The notes under the pieces were generated by a model. That model saw nothing but the letters and a program-made list of their open reading frames with translations. It made no database searches and had not been told where the DNA came from. A program made the translations under genes and the position numbers. This document shows, piece after piece, positions 25,233 through 38,270 of a stretch of DNA of 64,000 nt. The first letter of the stretch is position 1. Every line of letters begins with the position of its first letter. Origin of the DNA: Malacoraja senta (lineage: Eukaryota); the NCBI GenBank assembly GCA_038087875.1, contig CM075989.1:23748001-23812000 (forward strand). Reading direction: 5' to 3'.

Positions 25233-25969
25233 ATGTGGTAGATAGGAGTTCAGGACTGATTTCTAGTTGTGGTAGGATGATTCAGTTGCCTGATAACAGC
25301 TGGGAAGAAACTGTCCCTGAATCTGGAGGTGTGCGATTTCACACTTCTATGCCTTCTGACCGATGGGAAAGGGAGAAGAGGGAGTGGCCAGGGTGCGACT
25401 CGTCCTTGATTATGTTGCCGGCCTTGCCGAGGCAGTGTGAGGTGTAAATGGAGTCAAAGGAAGGGAGGTTGGTTTGTGTTATGGTCTGGGCTGCGTCCAC
25501 AATTCGCTGCAATTTCTTGCAGTCTTGGATGGAGCAAGAAATGACAGCGAATTGTGGGCGCAGCCCAGACCATCACACAAACCAACCTCCCTTCCATCGA
25601 CTTTACCCTTTACACTACATTACCACTCGTCACCTTCCAAAGCTTTATCCACCGTGAACACAAAGCATTTCCTTCCTTTCACACACGTCATAGAATAAAT
25701 CACACCTCCCTCTCTCTCTCTGCAACTTCCACTACACCCTTGCATCTCTTCCTCACACACCTTGATGGAGAAAGGTTTGTGTTTACCAGCAGTCTAAACC
25801 TTGTTCATGAGTATTTCCACAAATATTTGCACTTGCCGACACATGTTGAGTTCACAGCCTTACACGCCAGAATCATATTATTCATGCAACAGCATGTTAC
25901 TTTGGTGACAGTGTCACATAGCAGCGATCTAGAGGAAAGCTTTGTGCCTATAGCCAGCTTGCACAGGCA

Positions 25970-26270
25970 TGCTGGTGCAGCGGTAGAGTTGCTGCCTTAC
26001 AGTGCCAGAGACCCATGTTCAATTCTGACTGTGTGCTGCCTATACAGAGTTTGTACGTTCTCCCCGTGACCTGCGTGGGTTTTCTCCGGGTGCTCTGGTT
26101 TCCTCCCACACTCCAAAGACGTCCAGGTTTGTAGGTTAATTGGCTTCTGTAAAATTGTAAATTGTCCCTAGTGTGTGTAGGATAGTATTAATGTGTGGGG
26201 TCGCTGGTCGGCACGGACTCAGTGTGCCATAGGGCCTGTTTCCACGCTGTATCTCTAAACTAAACCAAAC
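25970..26270 (+). mobile_element. HE1-type SINE
   Basis: Matches the 20068 copy. Confidence 0.88.
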
Positions 26271-27134
26271 TTTTTTTCCAGCTAGCCGCCTGTTCGAAAA
26301 GTTCAGACGGACGAAGAATTACCCAAAATATCTGGGGATAAAAACTGCAGTTATATTTATCGATTGTTTTTGGTTCATTGTAATCGATGCACTTTCACTG
26401 AAGTTACCTGACTACAGCACAGAAACCCAGCAAAGAGTTGAGTTTAGTTTATTGCCACGTGTCCTGTGGTACTGTGAAAAGCTTTTTGTTGCGTGCTATC
26501 CAGTCAGCAGAAAGACTAAACATGAATAGAATCAAGATGTCCACAGTGCACAGATACAGGATAAAGGGGATGACTTGTGGTGCATGACAAAGTCCAGGAA
26601 AGTCTGTACACAGTTTGTACGTTCTCCGTGAGACTGCATAAGGTTTTCTCCGGATGCTCCGGTTTCCTCCCACACTCCAGAGATGTACAGGTTTGTAGCT
26701 TAATTGGCATTGTTAAAATTGTAAATTGTCCCTAGTTGTGGATAGTGGTAGTAAATGGGGTGATCGCTGGTTGGCGCAGACTCAATGGGCTGAAGGACCT
26801 GATTTCACACTGTATCTCTAAAGTCTAAAGCCTTAAAGTAAAGTCTGATTAAAGATAGTCTGAGGGTCTCCAATGAGGTGGATGGTAGCTCAGGACCACT
26901 CTCTAGTTGGTGATACTAGCACCGACCTATCAACCATGGGACCAAGAGATACTGTAAATACATCCCACTGCTTTTTTTAACAGACTCTGGACATTATACA
27001 TTCATGCTGCAGTTGGAATGTTAAGAACCTAACAACTTTGTCAATCCTGCCACCAGTAACAGACATGGAGAAGTGTTTCATGCCTCTGGGAAATAAAGTG
27101 GATAAGAGCACACATTGATACTTGTCCCTCCAGA

Positions 27135-27500
27135 AAAGATTTACAAGGATGTTGCCAGAACTCGAGGGTCTGAGGTATATTGAGAGGTTGAGCAGGAAGG
27201 GACTCTAATCCTTGGAGTGCAGGAGGGTGAGGGGTGATCTGAGAGAGGTATACAAAATCATCAGAGGAATAGATCGGGTAAACGCACAGAGTCTCTTGCC
27301 CAGGGTAGGGGAATTGAGAACTGGAGGACATAGGTTTAAGATGATGGGGGAAAGATTTAATAAGAACTCGAGGGGTAACTTTTTTACACAAAGGGTGGTG
27401 GGTGTATGGAACGAGCTGCCGGAGGAGGTAGTTGTGGCAGGGACTATCGCAACATTTAAGAAACATTTAGACAGGTACATGGATAGGATAAGTTTAGTAT
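27135..27500 (+). mobile_element. CR1 LINE 3' fragment
   Basis: ORF RGDLREVYKII...FFTQRVVGVWNELP. Confidence 0.9.
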
Positions 27501-27542
27501 GGATGGGACGTTGGTTGTCGAGGCCAAGTTGGGTTGAGTAAC

Positions 27543-27854
27543 GGGGCGGCCACAGTGGCGCAGCGGTAGAGTTGCTGTCCTACAGCACTTGCATCGCTGG
27601 AGACCCAGGTTCGATCCTGACTACGGGTGCTGTCTGTATGGAGTTTGCATGTTCTCCCTGTGATTGCGTGGGTTTTCTCCGTTTCCTCCCACATTCCACA
27701 GACGTACAGGTATGCAGGTTAATTGGTTTGGTGTACGTGTAAATTGTCCCTAGTGTGTGTAGGATAGTGTTAGTGTGCGGGGATCGCTGGTCGGTGTGGA
27801 CTCGGTGGGCTGAAGGGTCTGTTTCTGTGCTGTATCTCTAAACTAAATTAAACT
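27543..27854 (+). mobile_element. HE1-type SINE, full length
   Basis: A and B boxes, body and tail present. Confidence 0.9.
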
Positions 27855-29062
27855 GATCATTTTGATTTTGTCCTACTTTCATGTCGAAAAACAATCCTCA
27901 TTGTAATGAACCGGTCCGTCAGCTTTTACAATGAGTTTAAGCAGGGTCTAACGGTTAAGGAACAGCAATTCAGGTCATCATTAAGTGGCCAAATTAATTA
28001 AACCTATTCACTTTAAATCACAGGCTGGTTATCAGCAGAGTCATTATTGGGTTGTACAAGTCAGCAGTACCAAAATAAAAGATAGCCACGGGCACTTTGC
28101 CATGTTGTACCTTCCATCATGCCCAGGGGAGAGAAGAAGATCTTGTAAAGTCACTTAACAGCAATGGAGACAGAGTGGACTGCAGATGTTAGACTCTAGA
28201 GCAAAAACAAACTTGATTTCTTGATTAGTACGGGTGTCAGGGGTTATGGGGAGAAGCCAGGAGAATGGGGTTGAGAGGGAAAGGTCGATCAGCCATGATT
28301 GAATGGCGGAGTAGACTTGATGGGCCGAATGGCTTAATTCAGCTTCTAGAACTTGCTTCAAAGTATCTTCTACCAACAGTGTTCCCCAAGAGTTTGGTCA
28401 AAAGGTTGACACAAATGCTGGAGTAACTGAGCGGGTCAGGCAGTGTCTCTGGAGAAAAGAAATAGGTGATGTTTCGGGTCGAGACCCTTAGAGTCATAGA
28501 GTCATAGTGATACAGTATCAAAAGAGGCCCTTCGGCCCAACGCCCACACCGGCCAACATGTCCCAGCTACACTAGTCCCGCCTGCCTGCGTTTGGTCCAT
28601 ATCCCTCCAAACTTGTCCTATCCATGTACCTGTCTAACTGTTTATTAAACGTTGCGATAGTCAGGGAGGGGGACCTTCTTGATGGGTCTGGACCTGAAAG
28701 GTCACCTATTCCTTCTCTTCAGAGATGCTGCCTGATCTGCTGAGTTACTCCAGCATATTGTGTCTATCTTTGGTGTAAACCAGCATCTGCAGTTCCTTCT
28801 TACAGGTCAAAGGATAACTGGGCTGAATATTGGTACGGAAATATCAGCTTGTGATGCTTTCATCTTATTACCAAAGAGAATGTCGATACTGATTATACAT
28901 TAGTGAATTATAATGCTTTCAGTAACGTGATAAAATATTTAACTAAGGTCTCATTTGCACCAACTTCCTTACAGCTAGCAAATGAATTGCGACATGGCAG
29001 TAGATTCAAGTGTTGGGTTTTATAAACACCGTCATTTTTAAAATTGGCGGATAGTTATTTTT

Positions 29063-29294
29063 CTATAAACTGCATCGTATATATTTTTTGTCCATGGGAG
29101 TTCCTTTATCCATGCCAGTTATGTAGTCGAACAAGCTACTCTGTAAGGAGAACTCAGCGTAGGATACATTGGATTTCACCACAAGAAACCTGTGGGGCCC
29201 AATGATAGCCTCAAGCGCAGAGCTGAACCCATTGTCTGGAAACACTTCCCGTTCTCTGTACCATCCACACACAGCGGACAGGCGGGAAGCGATG
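29063..29294 (-). CDS. Terminal coding exon of unrecognised multi-exon gene ((S)IASRLSAVCGWY...KKYIRCSL*)
   Basis: Acceptor TTTCAG|C, phase 2 matching the donor at 33894; open for 76 codons to TAG; unique sequence. Confidence 0.65.
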
Positions 29295-31304
29295 CTGAAA
29301 TTTATTAACAAGTTTAATCAGAAGAAAACGCACATTCAAAAGCACCCATGGCAATTGTGCGCCAGAAACTAAACTTACTTAGTGGAATGATGCATGTATT
29401 AAAGTAAGAAGCAATTGAAAAATACCAATTTGACAAACTAATTTTTGCAGACTAAATTTAATGAATTGTGTGATTGTAATCTAATTTTCACTAACACTCT
29501 GAATCCATATATACATATTAAATTTATTTTTTCTTTAATAAGGGAAAATAACACACATATATATATATATATATAACATCGCACGCACACATATATATAC
29601 ATATTATATATAGATATATATTATATACTAGACTAAGTGCGGCCCGTTGGGTCCCATGTTCACATGGGAGGGCTGGCCCCCAACACAATATTCCACCTCT
29701 CCACCTATTCCAATATTGGTGGCCAGTGGGGGGGGGCTTTCTGGAGCGCTAGTATGGGTGTTGTGGGCCAAAGGGATTGGTTTCCAGAAGGTTAGTATGG
29801 ACATTGTGGGCCGAATGGATTCTTGGGCTGGCAGCTCAGTCACTCAGGCCTGATGGGCTGGCAGCTCAGTCACTCATAGGCTGTGGGCCGAGGAGCTTTA
29901 TTCCATTGTTTCGAGACCCAAGTCACCGAACTACATGAAATGTTCACATATTGTGTAAAAAAATTATATAAATCACCCCTGAAACTCGTCATGAACAAGA
30001 CTTGCACATTTTTTATTAAATTAGAGAAAAACCAGAAAATTTTCGGGTATTTGTAGCACGTTTAACATTGAGTTGTATGCCAGTTGGCCAATCACGTGCT
30101 TTGTTTCAGGCTAGTTAGGCAGGGAGCGCACAACATGGCTGAGAGGGCTTCACAGATGCCTGTTTTACTGGAGATTCCGATGAAGGTTCTTTCTAGTTCT
30201 GTGGAATACATGTCGTGGTAACTTGCAGCAGGGTAATTGAATTTAGTGAGAAAAGCATGAAGAAGTCTGAAGAATGTGCAGCTAAGTGGAAGAAAGTCTT
30301 GAAAGCAATGTCCCTGCCTGAGGTGCTGCAGTCAAACTTTGTGAATCAACGAACTGAAAAGGTAAGATCTAAAGTCTGAATTTATGAAAATTAATCTGTA
30401 TGCACTTTAATTAATTTAATTGCACCTTTATAATGTGAAAAAATGAGATGTGGAGGCTGTACATTCACTCATTCATTCACTCATTCATTCATTCATTCAT
30501 GGAGGGCCTAAACTATGTGTATCCATAACTAGGTAAATTAAACATTTTCACTAATGCCAGCTTGTTGTAGTCTAATAGGTCTTTACCATCTAATCTCGGA
30601 GCTGCCTGCGATAACTTACCGAGTACAAGTGCTCCGATCGCGGGGCCTATGTACTTAACATAGTGAAGCCGCGGTCTCAATTAAGAAGCGGCCAATTCGC
30701 GAATGCAGAGCCGCGGGGTATGTTTGGATCATCTCCGCGGGCGGTGGTGGGGGGGGGGGGGAGAGGTTGTACATAGTGCTGTCCGTAGCGGCCGTTTCCA
30801 GGCCCCGACCACGGGAGAAAAACGGAGGACTATTGATCGCACTTTATCGGCTGCCATTGGAGTGAGAAATGGTCAGAAATGGCTGATGTTTATGCAGAAA
30901 TGAATTGGTGTATGTGAACTTGAACTTGAACTAATTTATCTATGGTAGTAACAGTGTTATTCTCATTAACATTAAGAAGAGGTTGAAATTTTATGAATTG
31001 AAGTCCATGCAGACTTAATGATTATGAGATGTTTTTTTTGTAGCCTCTGCCTGACCCTCCACTTGAACTTGAACTAACTTATCAATGGACTTATCAAAAC
31101 TTATCAAAAGACTTGGAATCTGATGAAGAATATTCAGATGAAGATCAGATGTAATGTAAACAAATAAATTGGGGAACTAAATTATTATATAAAGTTTTAT
31201 TTTAGTGTCGATCGTTTCACTGTTTATTTGGTCAAATTATTTAAACAATGAGTGAATTACTTATGATAATGGCGTGCTGGTGAATGACAGTGCAACAGTC
31301 CACC

Positions 31305-31575
31305 CACCCATCCACACATACATACACACATCCACACACACATCCATCCGTACGCACACTTCCATGCATGCACACACACATACATGCACACATACATCCG
31401 CACACACACACACACATCCATCCGCACGCAGACATACATGTACACATCCATGCACACACATACATCCACACACATACATCCACACACATCCATCCATCCA
31501 CACATACATACACACTTACATCCACACATCCACAGAAACATGTTTGACAGGTATACACAGACACACACACAAACA
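31305..31575. repeat. CA/CATC-rich microsatellite inside the TIR element
   Basis: Direct inspection. Confidence 0.9.
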
Positions 31576-32319
31576 CTTTTAGGTTTTTTTTAGGTTAAAG
31601 GTAATAGCCCTCATTGCAAAGGCACCATCGGGGGGGGGGGTCTCTAACATAAATATAGGCTCATTGTAGCTTACAATGAATACTCATCGAGTAAACTTCA
31701 GAGCATTCGATTCTTGGTTAGGATGTGACATTTACATCAGAAATAAGACAGGTCTCTTACAGGTCTGCCACCCAGCCTGGCACTGCCCCAGTCCCACTAT
31801 GGCCGTTACCTCCACTCTCCCCACTATGTCAGTCAGTGGGGTTCAGTAAACGGGGGGACCCAGAGGATCTGTCCTGACCCTTTAATTAGGCAGGTTCATG
31901 AGCCCTTAAAACCTGGGACCTCTGCTGCAGTCTCATTACATTTCCTATTAAAGCGACTGGAAGGTGCCTTGCAGGACTGTCCCCAGCCTGGAACTGCCCC
32001 AGTCCCACTATGGCCGTGACCCCCATTCTGCACACTGGCAGTCAGTGGGGTTCAGTAAAGGGAGGAACCCACAAGAACTGCCCTCACCCATTAATTAGGC
32101 TGGTTCAGGAGCAGGACCTCTGCGACAGTGTCATTAAAAAAACACACCATTATATTCATCATATTATTTTTATATAATATAATTATACTTAATTATATAT
32201 GATTACAGTCATATTTACAAGTCATATATATATATATATATATATATATAGGTATAATCATATATAGTTTAAATGGACTGCAACACGGAAATATGCTGCC
32301 CAAGGTGTAATATGGGCAT

Positions 32320-32338
32320 TGGCCACTAGATGGCGCTT
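32320..32338 (+). promoter_or_regulatory. CTCF consensus motif
   Basis: TGGCCACTAGATGGCGCTT fits the CCASYAGRKGGCRS core. Confidence 0.55.
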
Positions 32339-32521
32339 ACTTTCCCAATCTTATTTTCTAATTAGTTTAATTAATTAATGTGCAACTTTTGGCAATGACG
32401 AGTTATGACTTCCTTCTCAATTATATTTCATCTAAACCTGTGGAAAATTTCATGAAGTTTGGTGACGTGGGTCACGAAAATCTATTTCTAGACACATTTT
32501 TGATGCTCGGCCCACAGCCTA

Positions 32522-32730
32522 TCAGGCCTGGTGGGCTGGCAGCTCAGACACTCAGGCCTGGTGGGCTGGCAGCTCAGACACTCAGGCCTGGTGGGCTGGC
32601 AGCTCAGACACTCAGGCCTGGTGGGCTGGCAGCTCATTCACTCAAGCCTGGTGGGCTGGCAGCTCAGTCACTCAGGCCTGGTGGGCTGGCAGCTCAGTCA
32701 CTCAGGCCGGGTGGGCTGGCAGCTCAGAAA
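32522..32730 (+). repeat. 30-bp minisatellite (CTCAGGCCTGGTGGGCTGGCAGCTCAGACA), ~7 units; 2 further units at 29825-29876
   Basis: Direct inspection; array split by the TIR element. Confidence 0.95.
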
Positions 32731-33442
32731 CTGCCAGAAATTCTACCCAAAACAGATGAGAGACTGTGTGAGAGAGAGAAGGGGGAGTGGGTGGAGAATC
32801 AATTTTAGACATTTTTCATCTTTTTCTGCAGATCATAGCAACGAAGTAGGAAAGTCTATCCTGGCCTGGATCTCACAGGGAGCCAATGAAGGGAGGGAGA
32901 AAACTACTGGGGTGAGGGGGAATACTTACTGATGGGCTGAAGGGACTCCTCCTGGGCTGGTACTGGCCTGATGGGCCGAAGGCACTCTTTTAAAAACATC
33001 TGAGTGAAATCACAAAGTGCAATCTCATTGCACTTTTATTAAGGGCTAAAAAATCATTTATTGCAAGTACATTGCAGACTCACAGTTCCGTTGATTCACA
33101 GCTTAGAATCACAGTTTTGGCCTCTCCCTTGCGATCTTCCAGATGACTGACTCACGTCCAGGCATCCAGGGTTTTATGGTCCTCCCCCCCCCCCCCCCGG
33201 AGGGGGCGTTACCTTCATAATGGTGAGTGACGGGCGAGAGGACCAATCAGCTGATTCATAACTTTTTTATTTTTCATCGATCGGAAAAATCCTTGGGGCT
33301 GTTGCAGCGGAGGAGGACTGTGAGTAAGATGGCCAAAAATCATAGCGATATAGGGTAGCGTTTTTTCTAAAATCAATTAACAGCGCAGACAGGAAGTGGT
33401 CAAGATGAGACTTTTAGTTATATAGATAATAAACATGCCAAG

Positions 33443-33477
<35 letters not shown>

Positions 33478-33651
33478 TTGATTGTAATGTATTAATTATA
33501 AACGGAAATTACTGTTTTTTATATCAGAACTTGTTGTTCTGTTCAAAACTGTTCCCCTGATGTACAGTTGAAAAAAAAAAAGTTTAGACATTCACTTCTA
33601 AACCAAAATGGACAAAAAAAGCTGCAATATATATATATATATTATAGTTAT

Positions 33652-33782
<131 letters not shown>

Positions 33783-33893
33783 CTATAATATACACATTAT
33801 AAAACTTCACAGCACTAAAGATAACCAGACTGGGGGCACCATGATGCATTAGTTTAGTCTGCAATTGAGAACACATACCTTTGAAAAGCATAC

Positions 33894-34157
33894 CTTTTTC
33901 TTGAGTCAGAAAGCCATCTCTCTAATAGTTCTTTCACATTAGTCCAGCCTTGGACATACAACAGATGCATCTGACATACTATTCCAGTCATGAGAGACAG
34001 CCCCTTAGTATTTAGGCCTGGCCACAGTAAATTCCTGCTTTCTGGGATGATATTCATCACAAAGATCTTTAACACGGCATTGAGACTTGCAGAGACACCA
34101 TAATGGAGAGGTGATATTTTTTTCCATTTCTTATTAAATAATCCAAATATTAATACC
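33894..34157 (-). CDS. Internal coding exon of the unrecognised gene ((R)VLIFGLFNKK...ELLERWLSDSRK)
   Basis: Acceptor CCCTTTTTTTTATTCCCCAG|G, donor AAG|GTATGC, 264 nt, phase 2-2, fully open. Confidence 0.72.
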
Positions 34158-35212
34158 CTGGGGAATAAAAAAAAGGGTGCCAACTTCCTATTCATATCTC
34201 TGACATTTGGTAAAAGTCTGAAAGCTAAACCAAACACTCGGGTTCTTGTGCGAACTTTAAACGCAGCACTCGGATGTACAGATTAGATATCCTTATTCAA
34301 ATTGCAAGAAGCACATCTCTGAATCTGGGATTCAGAGTTACAGAATTTTCATCTTGGGATTCAAACATGGTGTGGTATGGTACTTCATTGTCACATGTAC
34401 TGAGGTACAGTGAAATTCATTTTCGTATTTAATTCAGTATAGTATATCACTATACATAATACTTAGATACATATTAAATAAGCATCTCAGATACAGTCCA
34501 AGTACATAGAAACAGAGAAAAAGAGAAACATAGAAAACAGGAATAAGCCATTCAGTCCTTTGAGCCAGCAGCGCCATTTAATATGCTCATGGCTGACCAT
34601 CTAAAATCAGTACCCGTTCCTGCTTTCTCCCAATAACCCTTGATTCCGTTAGAGCTCTATCTAACTCTCTCTTGAAAACATCCAATGAATTGGCCTCCAC
34701 TGCCTTCTGTGGCAGAGAATTCCACAGATTCACAACTCTCTGGGTGAAATGGTTTTTCCTCAACTCAGTCCTAAATGGCCTGCCCCTTGTTCTTAGCAGT
34801 AGTACACTGACACAGTACACAGAGTCGCCATTTTCAAGTCCCAGTTGTTGTGCGTGCAGGGATCTTGACCTGCTCATGAAGGTCTTTTTCCCTTAAATTG
34901 GATCGTTCAAGGTGTCGAAGACTAAAAGTTAACTTAGATGATTGAGTTGTGGTCCTTCTACATCTGCCACCAGTTGCCCCCATGTGAATGAACAAAAGTA
35001 TTAAAATACTATATTAAAAACAATAATCTTGATATTTCAGATTTACAATACTTTGTACTATACATGCTCACTGTCTTTTGTTCCCTAGGGACCTGGAGAA
35101 GAAGGGGGTGGGGGGGGAAAGGGAAACTTTCTTCACTCGGAGTGTGGTCTGTACCTGGAATGAGCAGCCAGAGGAAGTTACAGAAGTGGATGCACGTACA
35201 GCTTTTAAAAGA

Positions 35213-35832
35213 CATTTGAATTGAATTGAATACATTTTATTAGCCAAGTACTTATACATACAAGGAATTTGCCTTGGTGCTCTGCTCACAAGTAACAACA
35301 CTATATACAGTAGACAATTAAGAATAAAACATTATAATTTAAACATGTGAAGAATTAAATAAAATACCAGAGCAAAAGGAGGCTACAGACTTTTGGTTAT
35401 TGAGTGGAGCTACTGCTCGTGGAAAAAAGTTATGTCTGGCTGTGGCGGCTTTGACAGTCCGGAGTTGCCTTCCAGAGTGAAGTGATTCAAAGAGTTTGTG
35501 GCCAGGGTGAGAGGGGTCAGAGATGATCTTACCCTGTTGCTTCCTGGCCCTTGCAGTGTACAGTTCATCAATGGAGGGAAGGTTGCAGCCAATAACCTTC
35601 TCAGCTGATCGGACGATTCGCTGCAGCCTCCGGGTGTCGTGCCTGGTGGCTGAATCAAACCAGACCATGATGGAGAAGGTGAGGACACACTCTACGATGG
35701 CAGTATAAAACTGGACCATCATTGCCTGTGGCAGATAGTGTTTTCTCAGCTGCTACAGGAAGTACATCCTCTGTTGGGCCTTTTTGACTATGGAGTCGAT
35801 GGTGGCCTCCCATTTAAGGTCACTGGAGTTGA
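35213..35832 (-). mobile_element. Rex1/Babar LINE 3' fragment
   Basis: ORF FYTAIVECVLTFSIMVW...LQRIVRSAEKVIG...DPSHPGH...FFPRAV; (TCAAT)n tail. Confidence 0.88.
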
Positions 35833-36384
35833 TGTTTCCAAGGAACTTAAATTTAGACAGCTATATGGAAATGAAGGGTTTAGAGGGAGATGTGGCAGGC
35901 AGATGGGACTAGCCCAGTATGCCAACTTGTTCAGCATGGACAAGATGGGCAGAAAGGCCTGTTTCTGTATTCTATGACTTAATGACATGTAAATGTGACT
36001 TTTTTCTTTTCTTTTTTTAAAGGAGTACATTGAAAGGATTTGGGCCATTTTGAAACGTATGTCCTGTGAAGCAACTTGCTATCAATGATGAACAAGGGCC
36101 ACGCCAGACCTCCTAGTTCATTTGAATTCCCCCTCTCTTTCCATTAGAAATACAATTGGCTCTGCCCACAACAGTGCAACTGAACATGGGAGGTCAGTAT
36201 CCAATGATCAAAATCCCCGAATATTCAATAACAGTGCTGTTTCTTACAAGATTGTTCAAATTATTTTTTCTAAATTGAAATGCGATCCGTACAAGTGAAA
36301 ATGGCATTAAACGGTGAGGGACTTTGGTGATTGAGTTGCCAACAGTCTTGTTAACTAATGCAATTTAAGGCAGAGATTGGGCTG

Positions 36385-36692
36385 CATGGTGATCACAGCG
36401 GTAGAGTTGCTGTATTGTAGCGCTTTCAGCGCAGGAGACCCAGGTTCGATCCCGACTATGGGTGCTGTCTGTACAGAGTTTGTACATTCTCCCCGTAACC
36501 TGCATGGGTTTTCTCCGGGATCTCCAGTTTCCTCCTACACGCCAAAGATGTATAGCTTTGTAGGTTAATTGGCTCAGTATAATTGTAAATTGTCCTTGGT
36601 GTGTGTAGGATAGTGTTAGTGTGCAGGGATCACTGGTTGACATGGACTCGGTGGGCCGAAGGGCCTGTTTCGGCACTGTATCTCTAAACTAA
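36385..36692 (+). mobile_element. HE1-type SINE
   Basis: B box GGTTCGATCC, body and tail. Confidence 0.88.
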
Positions 36693-37914
36693 AAGGATAT
36701 TAACTGTTTTCTCTGTCCTCTCATTCCACAGTAACCAACTTCACGCTGCCTCGGCAAGACCACCAGCATAATCAAGGACCAGTCTCACCCCGGTCACTCC
36801 CTGGGTGAACAGGTACAACATGGAAACCAGGCCTTTGCCCACTGAGTCCACGCCAACCATCGATCACCCATTCACACTAATTCCATGTTATTCCAATTTC
36901 TCATCCTCTCCCTGCACACCAGGGACAATTTGCAGAGGCCAATTAACCCACAAACCCGCACGTCTTGATGATGTGGGAGGAAACTGGAACAACTGGTTGG
37001 AAACCCACATGGGCCGCCCCTTGACATTATTCACCCAGACATTTCGCAGCCAAAAGATGCATGAAAAAGAGAAATACAAACCATCGCATCATTTGATTAA
37101 AGACTCTTACTATTTGCATCAAAGGAATCTGATATTGGCATCTTGACTGTGCATGCTGTATAGCTAAAACATCCAGTCTCTGACATCTGGAGCGAAGGGG
37201 ATCTCTGAGCTTTGTCCTGCACATCGGGAAGCATGTCTTCTATTGACCTCAGTTCAGAGAAGATGTGAATTATTGATTTTCCAATAGTTTCCAGTTGATG
37301 ATTCAGTCATATTTTGTCCAAAAATTTCGAATTAAACTGGGCATCCAGCAGCCCAAATGTCAATTCTGTGCCTGAAATGAATTAACGCGTAATTTGATTT
37401 CAATAACATAACGTTGAGAATATAGTGTATTTGCCAAGGAAGGAGGATGCGCTCATTCTCATGTTCAAACCAGGCTGAACAATTCACAAATGAATTCATA
37501 ACCGCTATCGGGTTTCCCACTGTGCACAGTGTTTTCTGCACGAATGATTTGTGCAACTCCATACCAGGAAACTGAAGTTGCAGCGGGTAGTGCCACTATC
37601 TCACATCTCCAGCGACCCAGGATCAATCCCGATCTCCGGCGCTGTCTGTATGGAGTATGTACGCTCTGCCTGTGACTAAGCACTTCAGTACCTTAACAGT
37701 ATTTAAATACTTGGACGGGGTCAGGGAAAGAGCGTTCACGTCACGGTCCTGTTTCCACAAATCTTTCCACCACCACGCACAAGAAGCACAAGAAGCGACA
37801 AGACAGACACCATTGTGTGCAGATGCCAAGATGTGTGTTTAGCTCTGGCTGAACAACTTCTAATCTTGAGTGTGGACTCGATAAGAAGAATACTTCAACA
37901 GGTACGTCATGACA

Positions 37915-38270
37915 TGAAAGGAATAGATCGGGTAGATGCACAGTGTCTCTTGCCCAGAGTAGGTGAATCGAGGACCAGAGGACACAGGTTTAAGGTGAAG
38001 GGGAAAAGATTTAATAAGAATCTGAGGGGTAACTTTTTCACACAATGGATGGTGGGTGTATGGAACGAGCTGCCAGAGGAGGTAGTTGAGGCTGGGACTA
38101 TCCCAACGTTTAAGAATCATTTAGACAGGTACATGGATAGGACAGGTTTGTAGGGATAGGGACCAAATGCGGGCAGGTGGGACTAGTGCAGCTGGGACAT
38201 GTTGGCCGGTGTGGGCAAGTTGGGCTGTTGGACCTGTTTCCACAATTCATCACTCCAGGACTCTATGAGG
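37915..38270 (+). mobile_element. CR1 LINE 3' end
   Basis: ORF MKGIDRVDAQ...RTRGHRFKV...VWNELP plus 3'UTR. Confidence 0.9.

Larger units (their letters stand above)
29877..32521 (+). mobile_element. Non-autonomous TIR DNA transposon (Academ-like; PIF/Harbinger is the alternative) nested in the Helitron
   Basis: Perfect 16-bp TIRs TAGGCTGTGGGCCGAG (29877-29892) / CTCGGCCCACAGCCTA (32506-32521); 3-bp TSD TCA (29874-29876, 32522-32524). Confidence 0.85.
29628..33426 (-). mobile_element. Non-autonomous Helitron
   Basis: Minus strand reads A|TCTATATAAC...GGGACCC-AAC-GGGCCGC-ACTTAGT-CTAG|T: 5'-TC, subterminal GC hairpin, 3'-CTAG, inserted in AT without TSD; internal 30-bp minisatellite. Confidence 0.85.
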
